Source: an uncultured Rhodospirillaceae bacterium (GTDB taxonomy: Bacteria > Pseudomonadota > Alphaproteobacteria > Dongiales > Dongiaceae). From it: a DNA stretch of 64,000 bases. Shown here in pieces: positions 34,888 to 45,006 of the stretch. The translations under genes and the position numbers were made by a program. The notes beneath the pieces were generated by a model. That model had not been told where the DNA came from, did no database searches, and worked only from the letters and a program-made list of their open reading frames with translations. Each line of letters starts with the position of its first letter. Position 1 is the stretch's first letter. Where the stretch lies: positions 42,588-106,587 of the forward strand of contig CADEFF010000003.1 in NCBI GenBank assembly GCA_902826565.1, given 5' to 3'.

Positions 34888-36432
34888 ATGACCGACGTTC
34901 CCGGCATCCTCGTCGCCAAGGGCGCTTCGCCGATCGAGCTGCTGCCCCGCTACGCGAACCGGCACGGCCTCATCACCGGCGCCACCGGCACCGGCAAGAC
35001 GGTGACGCTCCAGGTCATCGCCGAAGGGCTGGCTGCGCGCGGTGTGCCGGTCTTCATGGCCGACGTGAAAGGCGACCTCGCGGGTCTGAGCCAGGCCGGC
35101 GCGATGACCCCGAAGCTCCGGGAGCGCCTCGCGAAGCTCGGCATCGCCGGTCCCGCCTTCCGCGCCTATCCGACGATCTTCTGGGATCTCTTCGGCGAGC
35201 AGGGCCACCCGGTGCGCGCCACCGTTTCCGATCTCGGCCCGCTCCTCTTCGGGCGGCTGCTCGATCTGAACGAGGTACAGGCCGGTGTGCTCAACATCGT
35301 CTTCAAGCTGGCCGACGATCAGGGCCTGCTGCTGCTCGATCTCAAGGATCTGCGCGCGATGCTGGGCTTCGTCGGGGAGAACGCGAAGGCGCTCACGACG
35401 AGCTACGGCAATGTCAGCACCGCCTCGATCGGCGCGATCCAGCGCGGCCTGCTGCAGCTCGAAAGCCAGGGCGGCGAGAAATTCTTCGGCGAGCCGGCGC
35501 TCGAGCTTGCCGACCTGATGATGACCGATCCGCAGGGCGTCGGCGCGATCAACATTCTCGCCGCCGACCGGCTGATGCAGAGCCCGCGGCTCTACGCGAC
35601 CTTCCTGCTCTGGCTGCTGGCCGAGCTCTTCGAGACGCTGCCGGAAGCGGGCGATCTCGAGAAACCGAAGCTCGTCTTCTTCTTCGACGAGGCGCATATC
35701 CTCTTCGAGGATGCGCCGAAGGCGCTGCTCGACAAGATCGAGCAGGTGGTGCGGCTGGTAAGATCCAAGGGCGTCGGCGTGTTCTTCGTCACGCAGAACC
35801 CGCTCGACGTGCCGGACACCGTGCTGGGGCAGCTCGGCAACCGCGTGCAACATGCGCTCCGTGCCTATACCCCGCGCGACCAGAAAGCGGTGAAGGCGGC
35901 GGCCGATACCTTCCGGCAGAACCCGGGGATCGATACCACGACCGCGATTCTCGAGCTCGGAGTCGGCGAGGGGCTGATCTCGTTCCTCGAGCCCGGCGGC
36001 ACGCCCGCCATCGTCGATCGCGCTTTCGTCCTCCCCCCGACCTCGCGGCTCGGTCCGATCACGCCCGCCGAACGCACGGCGGTGCTCGGGACGAGCCCCG
36101 TCGGCGGGCGCTACGACCAGACGGTCGATCGGCCGTCCGCCTTCGAGACGCTGCGCGAGCGCGCACCGGGACAGGCGGCGGAGACCGCGCCTCCGTCCGG
36201 TCCGGGCGGCTGGCGTCGTCCCGCCGACGTTCCGACGCGCGGCCCGCGGGAGACGACGCCGCGCAGCCGGGCCCCGCGCGAGGAAAAGAGCACGATCGAG
36301 AAGATCATCCTCGGCGACGGGCGGCGGCAGGGCATGGCCGAGGCGATGGCGAAGAGCGCCGCCCGCCAGATCGGCAGCTCGCTCGGCCGCAAGATCCTGC
36401 GGGGCATGCTCGGCTCGATCCTCAAAGGCTAG
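34888..36432 (+). CDS. HerA-like ATPase, DUF853 (YjgR) family
   Basis: Track ORF 34849..36432, trimmed to the ATG at 34888, preceded by GAGGGAA. Walker [13 protein letters not shown], Walker B FFFDEAH. Basic, low-complexity C-terminal tail. Confidence 0.8.
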   Translation: MTDVPGILVAKGASPIELLPRYANRHGLITGATGTGKTVTLQVIAEGLAARGVPVFMADVKGDLAGLSQAGAMTPKLRERLAKLGIAGPAFRAYPTIFWDLFGEQGHPVRATVSDLGPLLFGRLLDLNEVQAGVLNIVFKLADDQGLLLLDLKDLRAMLGFVGENAKALTTSYGNVSTASIGAIQRGLLQLESQGGEKFFGEPALELADLMMTDPQGVGAINILAADRLMQSPRLYATFLLWLLAELFETLPEAGDLEKPKLVFFFDEAHILFEDAPKALLDKIEQVVRLVRSKGVGVFFVTQNPLDVPDTVLGQLGNRVQHALRAYTPRDQKAVKAAADTFRQNPGIDTTTAILELGVGEGLISFLEPGGTPAIVDRAFVLPPTSRLGPITPAERTAVLGTSPVGGRYDQTVDRPSAFETLRERAPGQAAETAPPSGPGGWRRPADVPTRGPRETTPRSRAPREEKSTIEKIILGDGRRQGMAEAMAKSAARQIGSSLGRKILRGMLGSILKG

Positions 36433-36613
36433 CCTGCCGGCGCGGCGCTCCTTCAAACGCGTCCTACCACCCTCGGCTGCGTTCTTGCCGCTGCTCCCAT
36501 GCGAGGAGCGCATGACGCTTTCTGCCACCCGCTCTCTTCGCTACGCTGTCTCCGCGATACAAGCCATCGCGCCTGGCGGCGCATCAGCACGGCAATCGAG
36601 GACGGAAATTTCC

Positions 36614-37963
36614 ATGGACACGGCACAGGCACTCGTCGAGACGGACAAGCGTTTCCTCATCCACCCGCTGCATCATCCGAAGGACCACGAGCATCCGATG
36701 CTGATGGTGGAAGGCCGCGGCGCGATGCTTAAGGACGCCGCCGGGAAGGAATATATCGACGGCCTTTCGAGCCTGTGGAACGTGAATGCGGGTCATGGCC
36801 GGAAGGAGCTGGCGGACGCCGCCTCGGCGCAGCTCGCGAAGCTCGCCTTCGCCTCGGCCTATGCGGGCGCCTCCAATGTGCCCTCGATCAAGCTTGCCGA
36901 GAAGCTCATGAAGATCGCCTATCCGAGCACGGCAGCGGTCTATTTCACCACGGCCGGCGCGGAGTCGAACGAGTCCGCCTTCAAGATCGCGCGCTATTAC
37001 TGGAAGCTGCGCGGCAAGCCGAACAAGGTGAAGATCTTCTCGCGGGTCCACGCCTATCACGGCCTCACCATGGCCGCGATGAGCGCAACGGGCATGGCCG
37101 TCTATCACAAGATGTTCGGCCCTCTGGTGCCGAACTTCCTTCAGGTCGCGGCCCCCTACCCCTATCGCTGGCCGGGCAACGAGGATGCCGGCGTCGGCGC
37201 GGCGGAAGCGCTGGAACAGGCGATCCTGAAGGAAGGCGCGGATTCGGTGGCCGCCGTGATCGCCGAGCCGGTCATGGGCGCGGGCGGCGTGATCGTGCCG
37301 CCGGCGAGCTACTTCCCGAAGCTCCGCGAGATCTGCGACCGGCACGAGATACTGCTCATCACCGACGAGGTCATCACCGGCTTCGGCCGCACCGGAAAAT
37401 GGTTCGCCCTCGGCCATTGGGGCGTGGAGCCGGATATCACCTCCTTCGCGAAGGGCGTGACCAGCGCCTATCTGCCGCTCGGCGGCGTGCTGATCTCGCG
37501 CAAGGTGCATGACACGATGCTGGCGGCGCCGGCCGACCAGAAATTCATGCATGCCGCGACCTATTCGGCGCATCCCGCCTGCTGTGCGGTCGGGCTCCGC
37601 AATGTCGAGCTGATCGAGCAGGAAGGGCTGGTGGAGAACGCGGCCGTCATGGGCCGGCGGCTGCTCGCCGGCCTCGAGACGCTGCGCGACCTGGCGCCCG
37701 TCGGCGACGTGCGCGGGCTCGGGCTCATGTGCGGCGTGGAACTCGTCGAGAACAAGGAAACCCGCAAGCCGGCGATCGGGCTCGGCGGCAAGATCGTGCG
37801 CGAGGCGCTGTCGCGCGGCCTCCTCACTCGCATCCGCGGCGGCGGTGCCGATCCGGCCATCGGCGACACCATCTGCGTCGCGCCGCCGCTCATGACGCCG
37901 CCGGAAACCATCGACCGGATCGTCTCGATCGTCCGGGATTCGATCCTGGCCGCCAGCCGATAG
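36614..37963 (+). CDS. Class-III (omega) aminotransferase, PLP-dependent
   Basis: Track ORF 36485..37963, trimmed to the ATG at 36614 (MDTAQALVETDKRFLIHP). DEVITGFGRTG and SFAKGVTS (PLP lysine) motifs. Confidence 0.9.
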   Translation: MDTAQALVETDKRFLIHPLHHPKDHEHPMLMVEGRGAMLKDAAGKEYIDGLSSLWNVNAGHGRKELADAASAQLAKLAFASAYAGASNVPSIKLAEKLMKIAYPSTAAVYFTTAGAESNESAFKIARYYWKLRGKPNKVKIFSRVHAYHGLTMAAMSATGMAVYHKMFGPLVPNFLQVAAPYPYRWPGNEDAGVGAAEALEQAILKEGADSVAAVIAEPVMGAGGVIVPPASYFPKLREICDRHEILLITDEVITGFGRTGKWFALGHWGVEPDITSFAKGVTSAYLPLGGVLISRKVHDTMLAAPADQKFMHAATYSAHPACCAVGLRNVELIEQEGLVENAAVMGRRLLAGLETLRDLAPVGDVRGLGLMCGVELVENKETRKPAIGLGGKIVREALSRGLLTRIRGGGADPAIGDTICVAPPLMTPPETIDRIVSIVRDSILAASR

Positions 37964-38619
37964 ACGGGCGGGCGCCGGCAGGGCCTGAGCGACCGCCGCG
38001 ACGAGCGGCGATCGACACCCGTCAGCCTGGCTCCAGCAGCCTGGTCGGCGCGCCGATAATGTCCGCTTCGCGACAGAGCTTGCCCCAGCGGATGCGATTG
38101 ATCCGGGGGAAACGCAAGGCACACATCAGCATCGCATCGATGAGGTAAGGGATCGCGCTCTATTTGAACCAAATGTTCTTCGGTCGCCGGCGACACAGGG
38201 ACTGTCCTTCCGCTTCAGCAGGATCCCTTCGACACCGGCTTCGCGGTTCCCGAGCCGTAGCCGTGCACGCTCCGCCCAGCTCGCGAAAGGAACGAGCGGA
38301 ACGGCGTACCAAGGGCCGAGTTCCTCGCAGAACCGAAGCCGGCCAGCGCTGAAGATCGTGGAAGTTCAATAGACGCGACTTGGATTGGATCCTGCTCACC
38401 CCTGCACCAAACTGCGCACCGCGGGCGGCGGCCAAGGAGCAGCTAGGCACAATGCCGAGCTTGTCGCTAGTATTGGGTGATCGCGGATGTGCTTCGGCGG
38501 TTCTGCCGCTCGCCCTCGTTTTGCGACCTGCTGGATGTCGAAGAAGACGATTCGGTCGCGATTTGAGCAGCCGAAGTGCATCTTGAAGATCTTCGATGTA
38601 GTTACCTTCGGTCCCCTTC

Positions 38620-39294
38620 TTGCGCCGTACGACGAAATCGCCTGCCAAGCTCGACGTGGGCTCCCCTTCGCGGCGCTCTCCAAAGCGCGGCTTGCGGGAG
38701 CGTAAGCGGCTAGAGCGTCGCCACCAGATTCTGGAAGCGGCCGCAGAGATATTCCATCGTCGCAGCTTCGACGGAACGCGCATCGAGCAGATTGCCGAGG
38801 AGGCCGACGTCTCTGTCGGCACGGTCTATAACTACTTTCCCACCAAGGACGCACTACTGCTCGGTCTTGCTGATCATTATCGCTCACGCACGCCCGAACT
38901 GATCTCGGCTCTGGTCGAAAGCCCACCTTCCGATCCGGTGAAGGCGTTCGTGCAGTTCTATTCGATCATGACGCGGGAGAGCATGCGCTATCTCGACAAG
39001 CCGCTGTGGCGCCATGTTCATGCAGCCACGACCGTCAGCGGATGGAACCAGTATGGCAGCCAACGCTGGCAGCATGAAGAGGGCCTGATCGAGTTCCAAT
39101 GCGCCCTGATCCGCGCTTTACAGCGGCTGGGAAGCGTCTCAAGCACGATTGACATTCGACCGCTCGCCGAGGTGATCCATGCGAGCGCATTCTTCTGGTG
39201 GCAGAGATTCCTCGTGCAGGAACCGATGACTCGGTCCGACTTCATGGCAAAGCTGAAGCGCGACCTGGCATTCATTCTCGGTCGCTCGCGCTAG
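38620..39294 (+). CDS. TetR-family transcriptional regulator
   Basis: HTH block ILEAAAEIFHRRSFDGTRIEQIAEEADVSVGTVYNYFPTKDAL. The start is uncertain: the track uses the TTG at 38620, and in-frame GTG 38656 and TTG 38692 are alternatives. Confidence 0.8.
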   Translation: MRRTTKSPAKLDVGSPSRRSPKRGLRERKRLERRHQILEAAAEIFHRRSFDGTRIEQIAEEADVSVGTVYNYFPTKDALLLGLADHYRSRTPELISALVESPPSDPVKAFVQFYSIMTRESMRYLDKPLWRHVHAATTVSGWNQYGSQRWQHEEGLIEFQCALIRALQRLGSVSSTIDIRPLAEVIHASAFFWWQRFLVQEPMTRSDFMAKLKRDLAFILGRSR

Positions 39295-39314
39295 TTGCGG
39301 CGCGCCGCGTGTTA

Positions 39315-40034
39315 CTAGCCCGAGGTTTCCATTGACCAGCTATGCAGGTCATCGAGCTCGGCGACGTCGAAGTTCGGGGAGAGACAGAAACGCTTCACCT
39401 TCTCCTCGGCTGCCAGCACGCCGGCAGTAATGCGCAGCAACTCTTCCAGGTCGATTTCGGCAGGAATGATGAGCGCGCCATGTTCGTCGGCATGAACGAG
39501 ATCGCCGGGCCGGACGACCAGGCCGCCGACCTTGACCGGGGTGCCCATCTCCACGAATCGCACATTGGCATGGCCGACCGTCGGGCCGCCAGCGAACAGG
39601 CCGAATCCGATCGCACCCATCTCGGGCAGATCTCGAACGCTCCCATTCGTGATGGCGGCAACGCAACCGAGCGCCTTGAAGATCGTCGCCGATACGTCGC
39701 CCCAAGCGCAGCCGCGTCCCGGTGCCTGATCGAGATCCTGCACCACTGCGATGCTGGGTCGCGGCGCGATGGCCACACTTTCCCACACAGCCCGCCATGA
39801 AAGCACCGCCTCGCCCGGCGCCTCGGGCAGTTCGCCCACAATCTTCCCGGTCCAAGCATAGCCGACAAAGACCCCGAGCGACGGCAGCATGCAGCGGACA
39901 GTATGGTCGGTATAGCCCTCGCTCTTCGGCCGCAGGTTGAAGCGCTCTATCGAGTCATAGACGGTCGGCGTCCGATAGGCGCGCAGCCGCCCCAGGACGT
40001 CGCTTCCCTGTCCAGCTGAATGTGCCTTGTTCAT
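39315..40034 (-). CDS. RraA-family protein (4-hydroxy-4-methyl-2-oxoglutarate aldolase/oxaloacetate decarboxylase-like)
   Basis: Track ORF 39315..40064. I prefer the ATG at 40034 (MNKAHSAG). RraA-like core AWGDVSATIFKALGCVAAITNGSVRD and VRPGDLVHADEHGALIIP. Confidence 0.7.
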   Translation of the reverse strand: MNKAHSAGQGSDVLGRLRAYRTPTVYDSIERFNLRPKSEGYTDHTVRCMLPSLGVFVGYAWTGKIVGELPEAPGEAVLSWRAVWESVAIAPRPSIAVVQDLDQAPGRGCAWGDVSATIFKALGCVAAITNGSVRDLPEMGAIGFGLFAGGPTVGHANVRFVEMGTPVKVGGLVVRPGDLVHADEHGALIIPAEIDLEELLRITAGVLAAEEKVKRFCLSPNFDVAELDDLHSWSMETSG

Positions 40035-40078
40035 GAGCTTGACTCGCTTCAGTGGAAACGACAATGGAGGTGCCGCGG

Positions 40079-41188
40079 CTAGATCTTCAGATCCTGAAGA
40101 TGCTGCCGATAGCGGATCTGGAAATCCTGCATGACCTTTTCGCTGCCAAGGAAGATCGGGCCTTCCTCGAAGCGTCCGCCCATGATGTTCCTCGCAACGC
40201 CCTCGCAGACGACGCGATCCTCCCCATAGACGAGCTTGTGATACCAGTCGGCCGCTTCCTCCACCTCGGGCTCGCCGATCGTCGGCGGAGCAAAGAAATC
40301 GGTACGAACCCGGATCCGATTGGCGTTGACGATTTCAAGGATTCGAATGTTCGACACCCGGCCCTGCATGGCTTGGAGCGTCCAGTTGGGCCATACCCCA
40401 CATGCCATCCATGCCGGCATATTGGCGTGATTCTCGCGAGAGTGCGAAATGTGGAATGCGAAGGTGTCGTAGCTCTCGTTAACGTAGTCGTCGGGATCGG
40501 TCTTGTGGGTGGTGCCCATAGTTGGATGGACCAGCCGGCAGTGGTAGCAATCCGCCGTGTTGTCCATGAAGGTCTTCCAGTTGCAGGCCTGTTCCCAGAC
40601 GAGCGTCTTGCGATAGCTCATCTTGGCGATGCCGATCTGATTTTCCTCAGCGATGCGGATGAGTGTCGCGAACTCCTCCTCGAAGGCCGGGCCGTCAAAT
40701 TGGAGATTTGCAAAGCCGAGATCCCCCCAAAGGCCGACTCGAATGGGTAGCAAACCGTAGTTCGCAGGATCGAAGGCGGCCTCCCTCTCGGAGCGAGGCG
40801 CCTTGATCAGCGAACCATCCTGACGATAGGTCCAGCCGTGATAGCGGCACATGAAGACGGTGCAATTGCCCGAGTCTTTAGCGACAGGATGACCGCGATG
40901 CCGGCACATATTGACGAAGCCACGCAGCGTGCCGTCCTTGTCGCGGATGACGACGATCGGCACTTCGGCGACCGTCGCGGTCAGGTAGTCGCCTGGATTG
41001 ACGAGGCCGTTGACCGGACCGATCGGCTGCCATCGACGCGCCATGACGTATTTCTGCTCGAAACGAGAAATTTCCTCATCCCCGTACCAATAACCAGGGA
41101 ACGACACCTTCCTTTCGATGGCAGAGTCGATCTCCGCCAGCATTTGCACCCGAAGCGCGCGGTCATCATGCATGAGAGCCTCCAGCAT
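40079..41188 (-). CDS. Rieske [2Fe-2S] ring-hydroxylating oxygenase, alpha subunit (alpha-only type)
   Basis: 369 aa. Rieske motif CRHRGHPV..(15)..CRYHGWTY. The catalytic domain has NTADCYHCRLVH. Confidence 0.85.
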   Translation of the reverse strand: MLEALMHDDRALRVQMLAEIDSAIERKVSFPGYWYGDEEISRFEQKYVMARRWQPIGPVNGLVNPGDYLTATVAEVPIVVIRDKDGTLRGFVNMCRHRGHPVAKDSGNCTVFMCRYHGWTYRQDGSLIKAPRSEREAAFDPANYGLLPIRVGLWGDLGFANLQFDGPAFEEEFATLIRIAEENQIGIAKMSYRKTLVWEQACNWKTFMDNTADCYHCRLVHPTMGTTHKTDPDDYVNESYDTFAFHISHSRENHANMPAWMACGVWPNWTLQAMQGRVSNIRILEIVNANRIRVRTDFFAPPTIGEPEVEEAADWYHKLVYGEDRVVCEGVARNIMGGRFEEGPIFLGSEKVMQDFQIRYRQHLQDLKI

Positions 41189-41617
41189 TCAGAGCTCCGG
41201 TTCGGTTACCGTCTGCCTCACCAAGATACACTATGGCCTTCGAGCCCGCGGTTACCGTCATCCGATCTATCGGCATTCCGTCTGCCCTCGCCGCGGATCG
41301 CTGTCCGCTCGGTAAGGGAGACGAGTGTCGGTCAAAGTCGAGGGCAACAGATAGTCTCATTGGCGTGAACGGCAGTCCGGTATGCCTTTCTGCGGCCGAC
41401 CGCGGAATCTCAGATATCCGCGACAACCAAAATATTGTGCTAGACTATAATATTGAGTTTTGTTCAATAAAAGCGGTAAAACCGATCGACCTATGCGGAT
41501 CGCATGCGGCTGCTAGAACTCTCTGCATCGCGTTCTCAACTACCGAGACGTCAGGGGCTCATAGGCGGCCGAACGAAGTATAGGCAATCAGCGATCGGGG
41601 AAATCTGGGAGGTAACA

Positions 41618-42616
41618 ATGAAAAAGCTTCTATTTGCATTACTGGCTGTCGGCGTCGCGTTAGCGGCGAGACCGGCCTGGTCGGCGGATAAGGTGACCTT
41701 TGCGCTCAACTGGAACGTGCCTTATTCCGGCTGGGCCGGCTTCTACGTCGCTCAGGACAAGGGATACTTTGCGGCCGAGGGTCTTGACGTGGAGTTCCTC
41801 TTGGTGAAGGGGTCAAATCCTGCTAATCAGGCCATCGCCGCCGGCAACGCGCAGCTCGGCGTATCAACTGCGAGTTCGGTGATGGTGGCAGCGAGTCAAG
41901 GTCTGCCCCTCGTCGCAGTCTCGGCCTATATGCAGTCCAATCCAGAAGGCGTGATCGCCCGCAAGGATCGCGGCATCGAGAACATCACTGACTTCGCCGG
42001 CAAGAAGGTCGGCTACAACGTCTCGAACCCGACGGTCTACCTGTTCGAGGCAAAGCTGAAGCGCGCCGGCGTCAATAAGGACGACATTACTTGGGTGACG
42101 GTGCAACCTGAAGCGATGGTGCCGTTACTCCTTTCCGGCGAGATCGACGCCGCGATGGGATACTGGGATTGGGAAGCGATCAACGTCGAGCAGCAGGGCC
42201 TGGGCACCAACGTGTTCGTGATGAGCGACGACAAGGTGCAGATCTATGGCGGCATCGTCTCGGCGAATGCCGATTGGGCAAAGGATCATGGCGACGTAAT
42301 TCGCCGCTTCCTGCGCGCTTCGGTGAAGGGCTGGATCGATGCGGCGGCAGATCTCGACGCTACCTTGGCCGTCATGATGAAGGCCAATCCCGAGGAGGAC
42401 GAGGCCTTCATGCGCCAGGCGCTCGCGATCTCCACCAAGCTCATCGGGAGTTCCGATGCCGACACGCATGGGTTCGGATGGATGGACAAGGCCGATTGGC
42501 AGGGCCTCCAGGAAGCCCTCCTGCAGGGCAAGGTGATCGAGAAGGAAGTCGACCTGGACACACTTTTCACCAACGACTACATGCCCGATAACGCCACGGA
42601 CTGGAAATCTCAGTGA
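41618..42616 (+). CDS. ABC transporter substrate-binding protein (NMT1/THI5-like, NitT/TauT family)
   Basis: Track ORF 41504..42616, trimmed to the ATG at 41618, preceded by GGGAGG. Sec signal MKKLLFALLAVGVALAARPAWSA, followed by KVTFALNWNVPYSGWAGFYVAQDKGYF. Confidence 0.85.
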   Translation: MKKLLFALLAVGVALAARPAWSADKVTFALNWNVPYSGWAGFYVAQDKGYFAAEGLDVEFLLVKGSNPANQAIAAGNAQLGVSTASSVMVAASQGLPLVAVSAYMQSNPEGVIARKDRGIENITDFAGKKVGYNVSNPTVYLFEAKLKRAGVNKDDITWVTVQPEAMVPLLLSGEIDAAMGYWDWEAINVEQQGLGTNVFVMSDDKVQIYGGIVSANADWAKDHGDVIRRFLRASVKGWIDAAADLDATLAVMMKANPEEDEAFMRQALAISTKLIGSSDADTHGFGWMDKADWQGLQEALLQGKVIEKEVDLDTLFTNDYMPDNATDWKSQ

Positions 42617-42631
42617 ACAGCCGACCTTTTC

Positions 42632-43444
42632 ATGGCAGAGCGTGACAACGGCAGCGGCAGCGAAGGGAGGCCCCTGGTTTCCCTTCGCAACGTTGCCAAG
42701 ACTTACGAAGTCGATGGCGGCTCAACCGTGGCCGCGCTCCAGAGCGTCTCGATCGATATTGCGGACAAGCAGTTCGTCAGTCTGATCGGCCCCAGCGGTT
42801 GCGGCAAATCGACGATCATGTCGATAGTCGCCGGATTGCTCGAACCTAGCACCGGCGAGGTGCTGATCGACGGCCATCCTCCGGCACGAGCGCGCGAGGC
42901 ACACGAGCTCGGGATCGTATTCCAGCAGCCGGTTCTGCTGCCCTGGCGGACGATTAGGGCGAACTGCCGCCTCCTGCTCGAGGTGGCGGGCCTTCGGAGC
43001 GCCGAAACCGAGACGCGAATCCAAGAGCTGCTCGAACTTGTCGGGCTCCAGGATTTCGCCGACCTGCATCCGAACCAGCTTTCGGGCGGCATGCGCCAGC
43101 GCGCCGCAATTGCACGGGCACTTTGCCTCGATCCGCTGCTTCTGCTGATGGACGAACCCTTCGCGGCGCTCGACGAGTTCACCCGGCTGCAACTCAACAA
43201 GGAGCTATTGCGCGTCTGGGCGCAGCGCCGCAAGACGATCATCTTCGTGACGCACAACATTGCCGAGGCGGTGTTCCTCTCCGACCGTGTTATTGCGATG
43301 AGCCCTCGCCCTGGTTGCGTGATTGAGGATTTGGCGATTCCGCTACCTCGCCCGCGGCATCCAGATGTGCGTTACACCAAGGACTATACCGACTGCGTCG
43401 TGCATCTCCAGCGGCTGCTGGAGAGCGCGATTCCGGTGGGTTGA
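42632..43444 (+). CDS. ABC transporter ATP-binding protein (NitT/TauT family)
   Basis: Walker A GPSGCGKST, signature LSGGMRQRAAIARAL, Walker B LLMDEP. Confidence 0.9.
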   Translation: MAERDNGSGSEGRPLVSLRNVAKTYEVDGGSTVAALQSVSIDIADKQFVSLIGPSGCGKSTIMSIVAGLLEPSTGEVLIDGHPPARAREAHELGIVFQQPVLLPWRTIRANCRLLLEVAGLRSAETETRIQELLELVGLQDFADLHPNQLSGGMRQRAAIARALCLDPLLLLMDEPFAALDEFTRLQLNKELLRVWAQRRKTIIFVTHNIAEAVFLSDRVIAMSPRPGCVIEDLAIPLPRPRHPDVRYTKDYTDCVVHLQRLLESAIPVG

Positions 43445-44229
43445 GGGATGCTTCTATGGTGTTGAAAAGCACAATCGTAAGGTGGCGTATCCTTGGAGCG
43501 GCCCTTCTGCTGGTGATGCTCCTTGTGAGCTGGCAAGCAGGCGTGGTGCTTTTCGATGTGCCGGGCTACCTGCTGCCGAGCCCTCTTGAGATTGCGCAAG
43601 CACTTTGGAACAACCACACCACCTTCGCCGAGCATACCCTCGTCACGCTCGGCGAGGTGCTGATCGGCTTGGGAGTGGGCATCCTGCTTGGGCTCGCGCT
43701 CGCGGTTCTCATGAGCTGGTCACCTTTGCTTAACAATGCGCTTTATGCGCCTGTTCTCGCGACGCAGACCACGCCAATCGTCGCTATCGCGCCGATTCTC
43801 ATTATCTGGTTCGGGGTAGGGCTCACGCCGAAGGTAATCATCATTGCCATCTTTTCCTTCTTTCCGGTGCTGGTGAATACCCTCTCCGGCCTGCAGGCGA
43901 CCAGCCGACAGATGGTGCAGCTCATGAAGTCGGTCGCGGCGAGCGACTGGCAGATCTATCGCTATGTCCGCATTCCCATGGCGCTACCGCATGTCTTCGC
44001 CGGGCTTCGGCTCGCGGCGGCAGCGGCAGTGGTGGGCGCGATCGTGGTGGAATGGGTTTCCTCGACCGCGGGCCTCGGCTATCTCCTGATCCTTTACCAA
44101 TCACGTCTCAACATAGACGAGGCGTTCGCAACGTTGGTGATCCTTATGCTACTCGGCGTCACGGTCTTCGCGCTCTTCGCTTGGCTCGAGCGCCGCTTCT
44201 CCTGGCAGAAACGCCTCGGGATCGAATAG
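43441..44229 (+). CDS. ABC transporter permease (NitT/TauT family)
   Basis: 262 aa, polytopic. The TTG start at 43441 overlaps the ATPase stop (TTGA); an alternative ATG lies at 43456. Confidence 0.8.
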   Translation: MRDASMVLKSTIVRWRILGAALLLVMLLVSWQAGVVLFDVPGYLLPSPLEIAQALWNNHTTFAEHTLVTLGEVLIGLGVGILLGLALAVLMSWSPLLNNALYAPVLATQTTPIVAIAPILIIWFGVGLTPKVIIIAIFSFFPVLVNTLSGLQATSRQMVQLMKSVAASDWQIYRYVRIPMALPHVFAGLRLAAAAAVVGAIVVEWVSSTAGLGYLLILYQSRLNIDEAFATLVILMLLGVTVFALFAWLERRFSWQKRLGIE

Positions 44230-44378
44230 CCGATCGAGATCGGTCGCAACCCCCCTGGCCAATGACGCGGCACCCTGCTCCTTCCGCCCGCACCGCTATT
44301 CCTTTCGGTTGCACATTCGCTGTAAAAAAACGGGCGCGGAGGTCGACCTTTCGAAACGTCGCAGCATGGGAGCGGCAG

Positions 44379-44993
44379 ATGAGTAAGATAATCTTCGAGA
44401 CAGTGGAAGTACCGGGCTATTCCGGGCGGGCCGTCTTCGCGAAGAAGGGCGACCATATTCGTGTCACGGACGTCGAGGGAAAGCAGATCGGGGATGTTTT
44501 CGCGCTTTCTACCGCCGATCATTCCGAGTTCCTGAGCGCTTCGGTCACGCGGGCCACGATCTGGAAGCTCTTCCCCGAGGTCGGCGAATGCTTCTACAGC
44601 ACGCTCCGGCGACCGATCCTGACCTTCGTCGAAGACAGCTCGCCCGGCGTTCACGACATGCTGTTCGCGCCCTGCGACCTGCCGCTGTTCCAGACGCTTG
44701 GCTGCACCGACTATCACCCGAACTGCCGCGACAATTATCTGAAGGCTTCGGCCGAGATCGGCATCCAGCATCGCGTCGTGCCGGATCCCGTCAACATCTT
44801 CGAGAACACGCCGCCGCGCAGCGACGGGAAGCTCATCGCAGGCCCGATGCCGACCAAGCCCGGCGACCATGTCGTTTTCCGCGCGGAGATGGATCTGGTG
44901 TTCGTTCTCACCGCCTGCTCCTGCGATATCGGCATGAACGACATCAACGGCGGAAAATCGACCCCGCTCCGGATCGAGGTGCTGCGCGGATAG
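44379..44993 (+). CDS. DUF1989 (urea-carboxylase-associated-like) family protein
   Basis: Track ORF 44052..44993, trimmed to the ATG at 44379, preceded by GGGAG. 204 aa. It shares a V.V.G.Q..D..A.. N-terminal beta-barrel-type signature and a C-terminal ..C....N.....TP..IEV with the second copy at 52568..53272. Confidence 0.65.
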   Translation: MSKIIFETVEVPGYSGRAVFAKKGDHIRVTDVEGKQIGDVFALSTADHSEFLSASVTRATIWKLFPEVGECFYSTLRRPILTFVEDSSPGVHDMLFAPCDLPLFQTLGCTDYHPNCRDNYLKASAEIGIQHRVVPDPVNIFENTPPRSDGKLIAGPMPTKPGDHVVFRAEMDLVFVLTACSCDIGMNDINGGKSTPLRIEVLRG

Positions 44994-45006
44994 CGACGGC
45001 AAGCGG

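Noticed and set aside
37964-38619. Possible gene, integrase remnant or tRNA in the gene-less stretch at the left edge of the lower-GC block (track ORFs 38160..38822(-), 38396..38926(-), 38164..38352(+))
   Set aside because: All frames give short, motif-free translations interrupted by stops, and I could not recognise a cloverleaf or any family signature. I left it unannotated and flagged it only as a junction region.
41431-41455. Two copies of AATATTG spaced 18 nt apart in the AT-rich Rieske/SBP divergent region, as a TetR operator
   Set aside because: The motif is short and AT-rich within a generally AT-rich promoter region. That is insufficient to separate it from -10/-35-like sequence, and there is no extended dyad.
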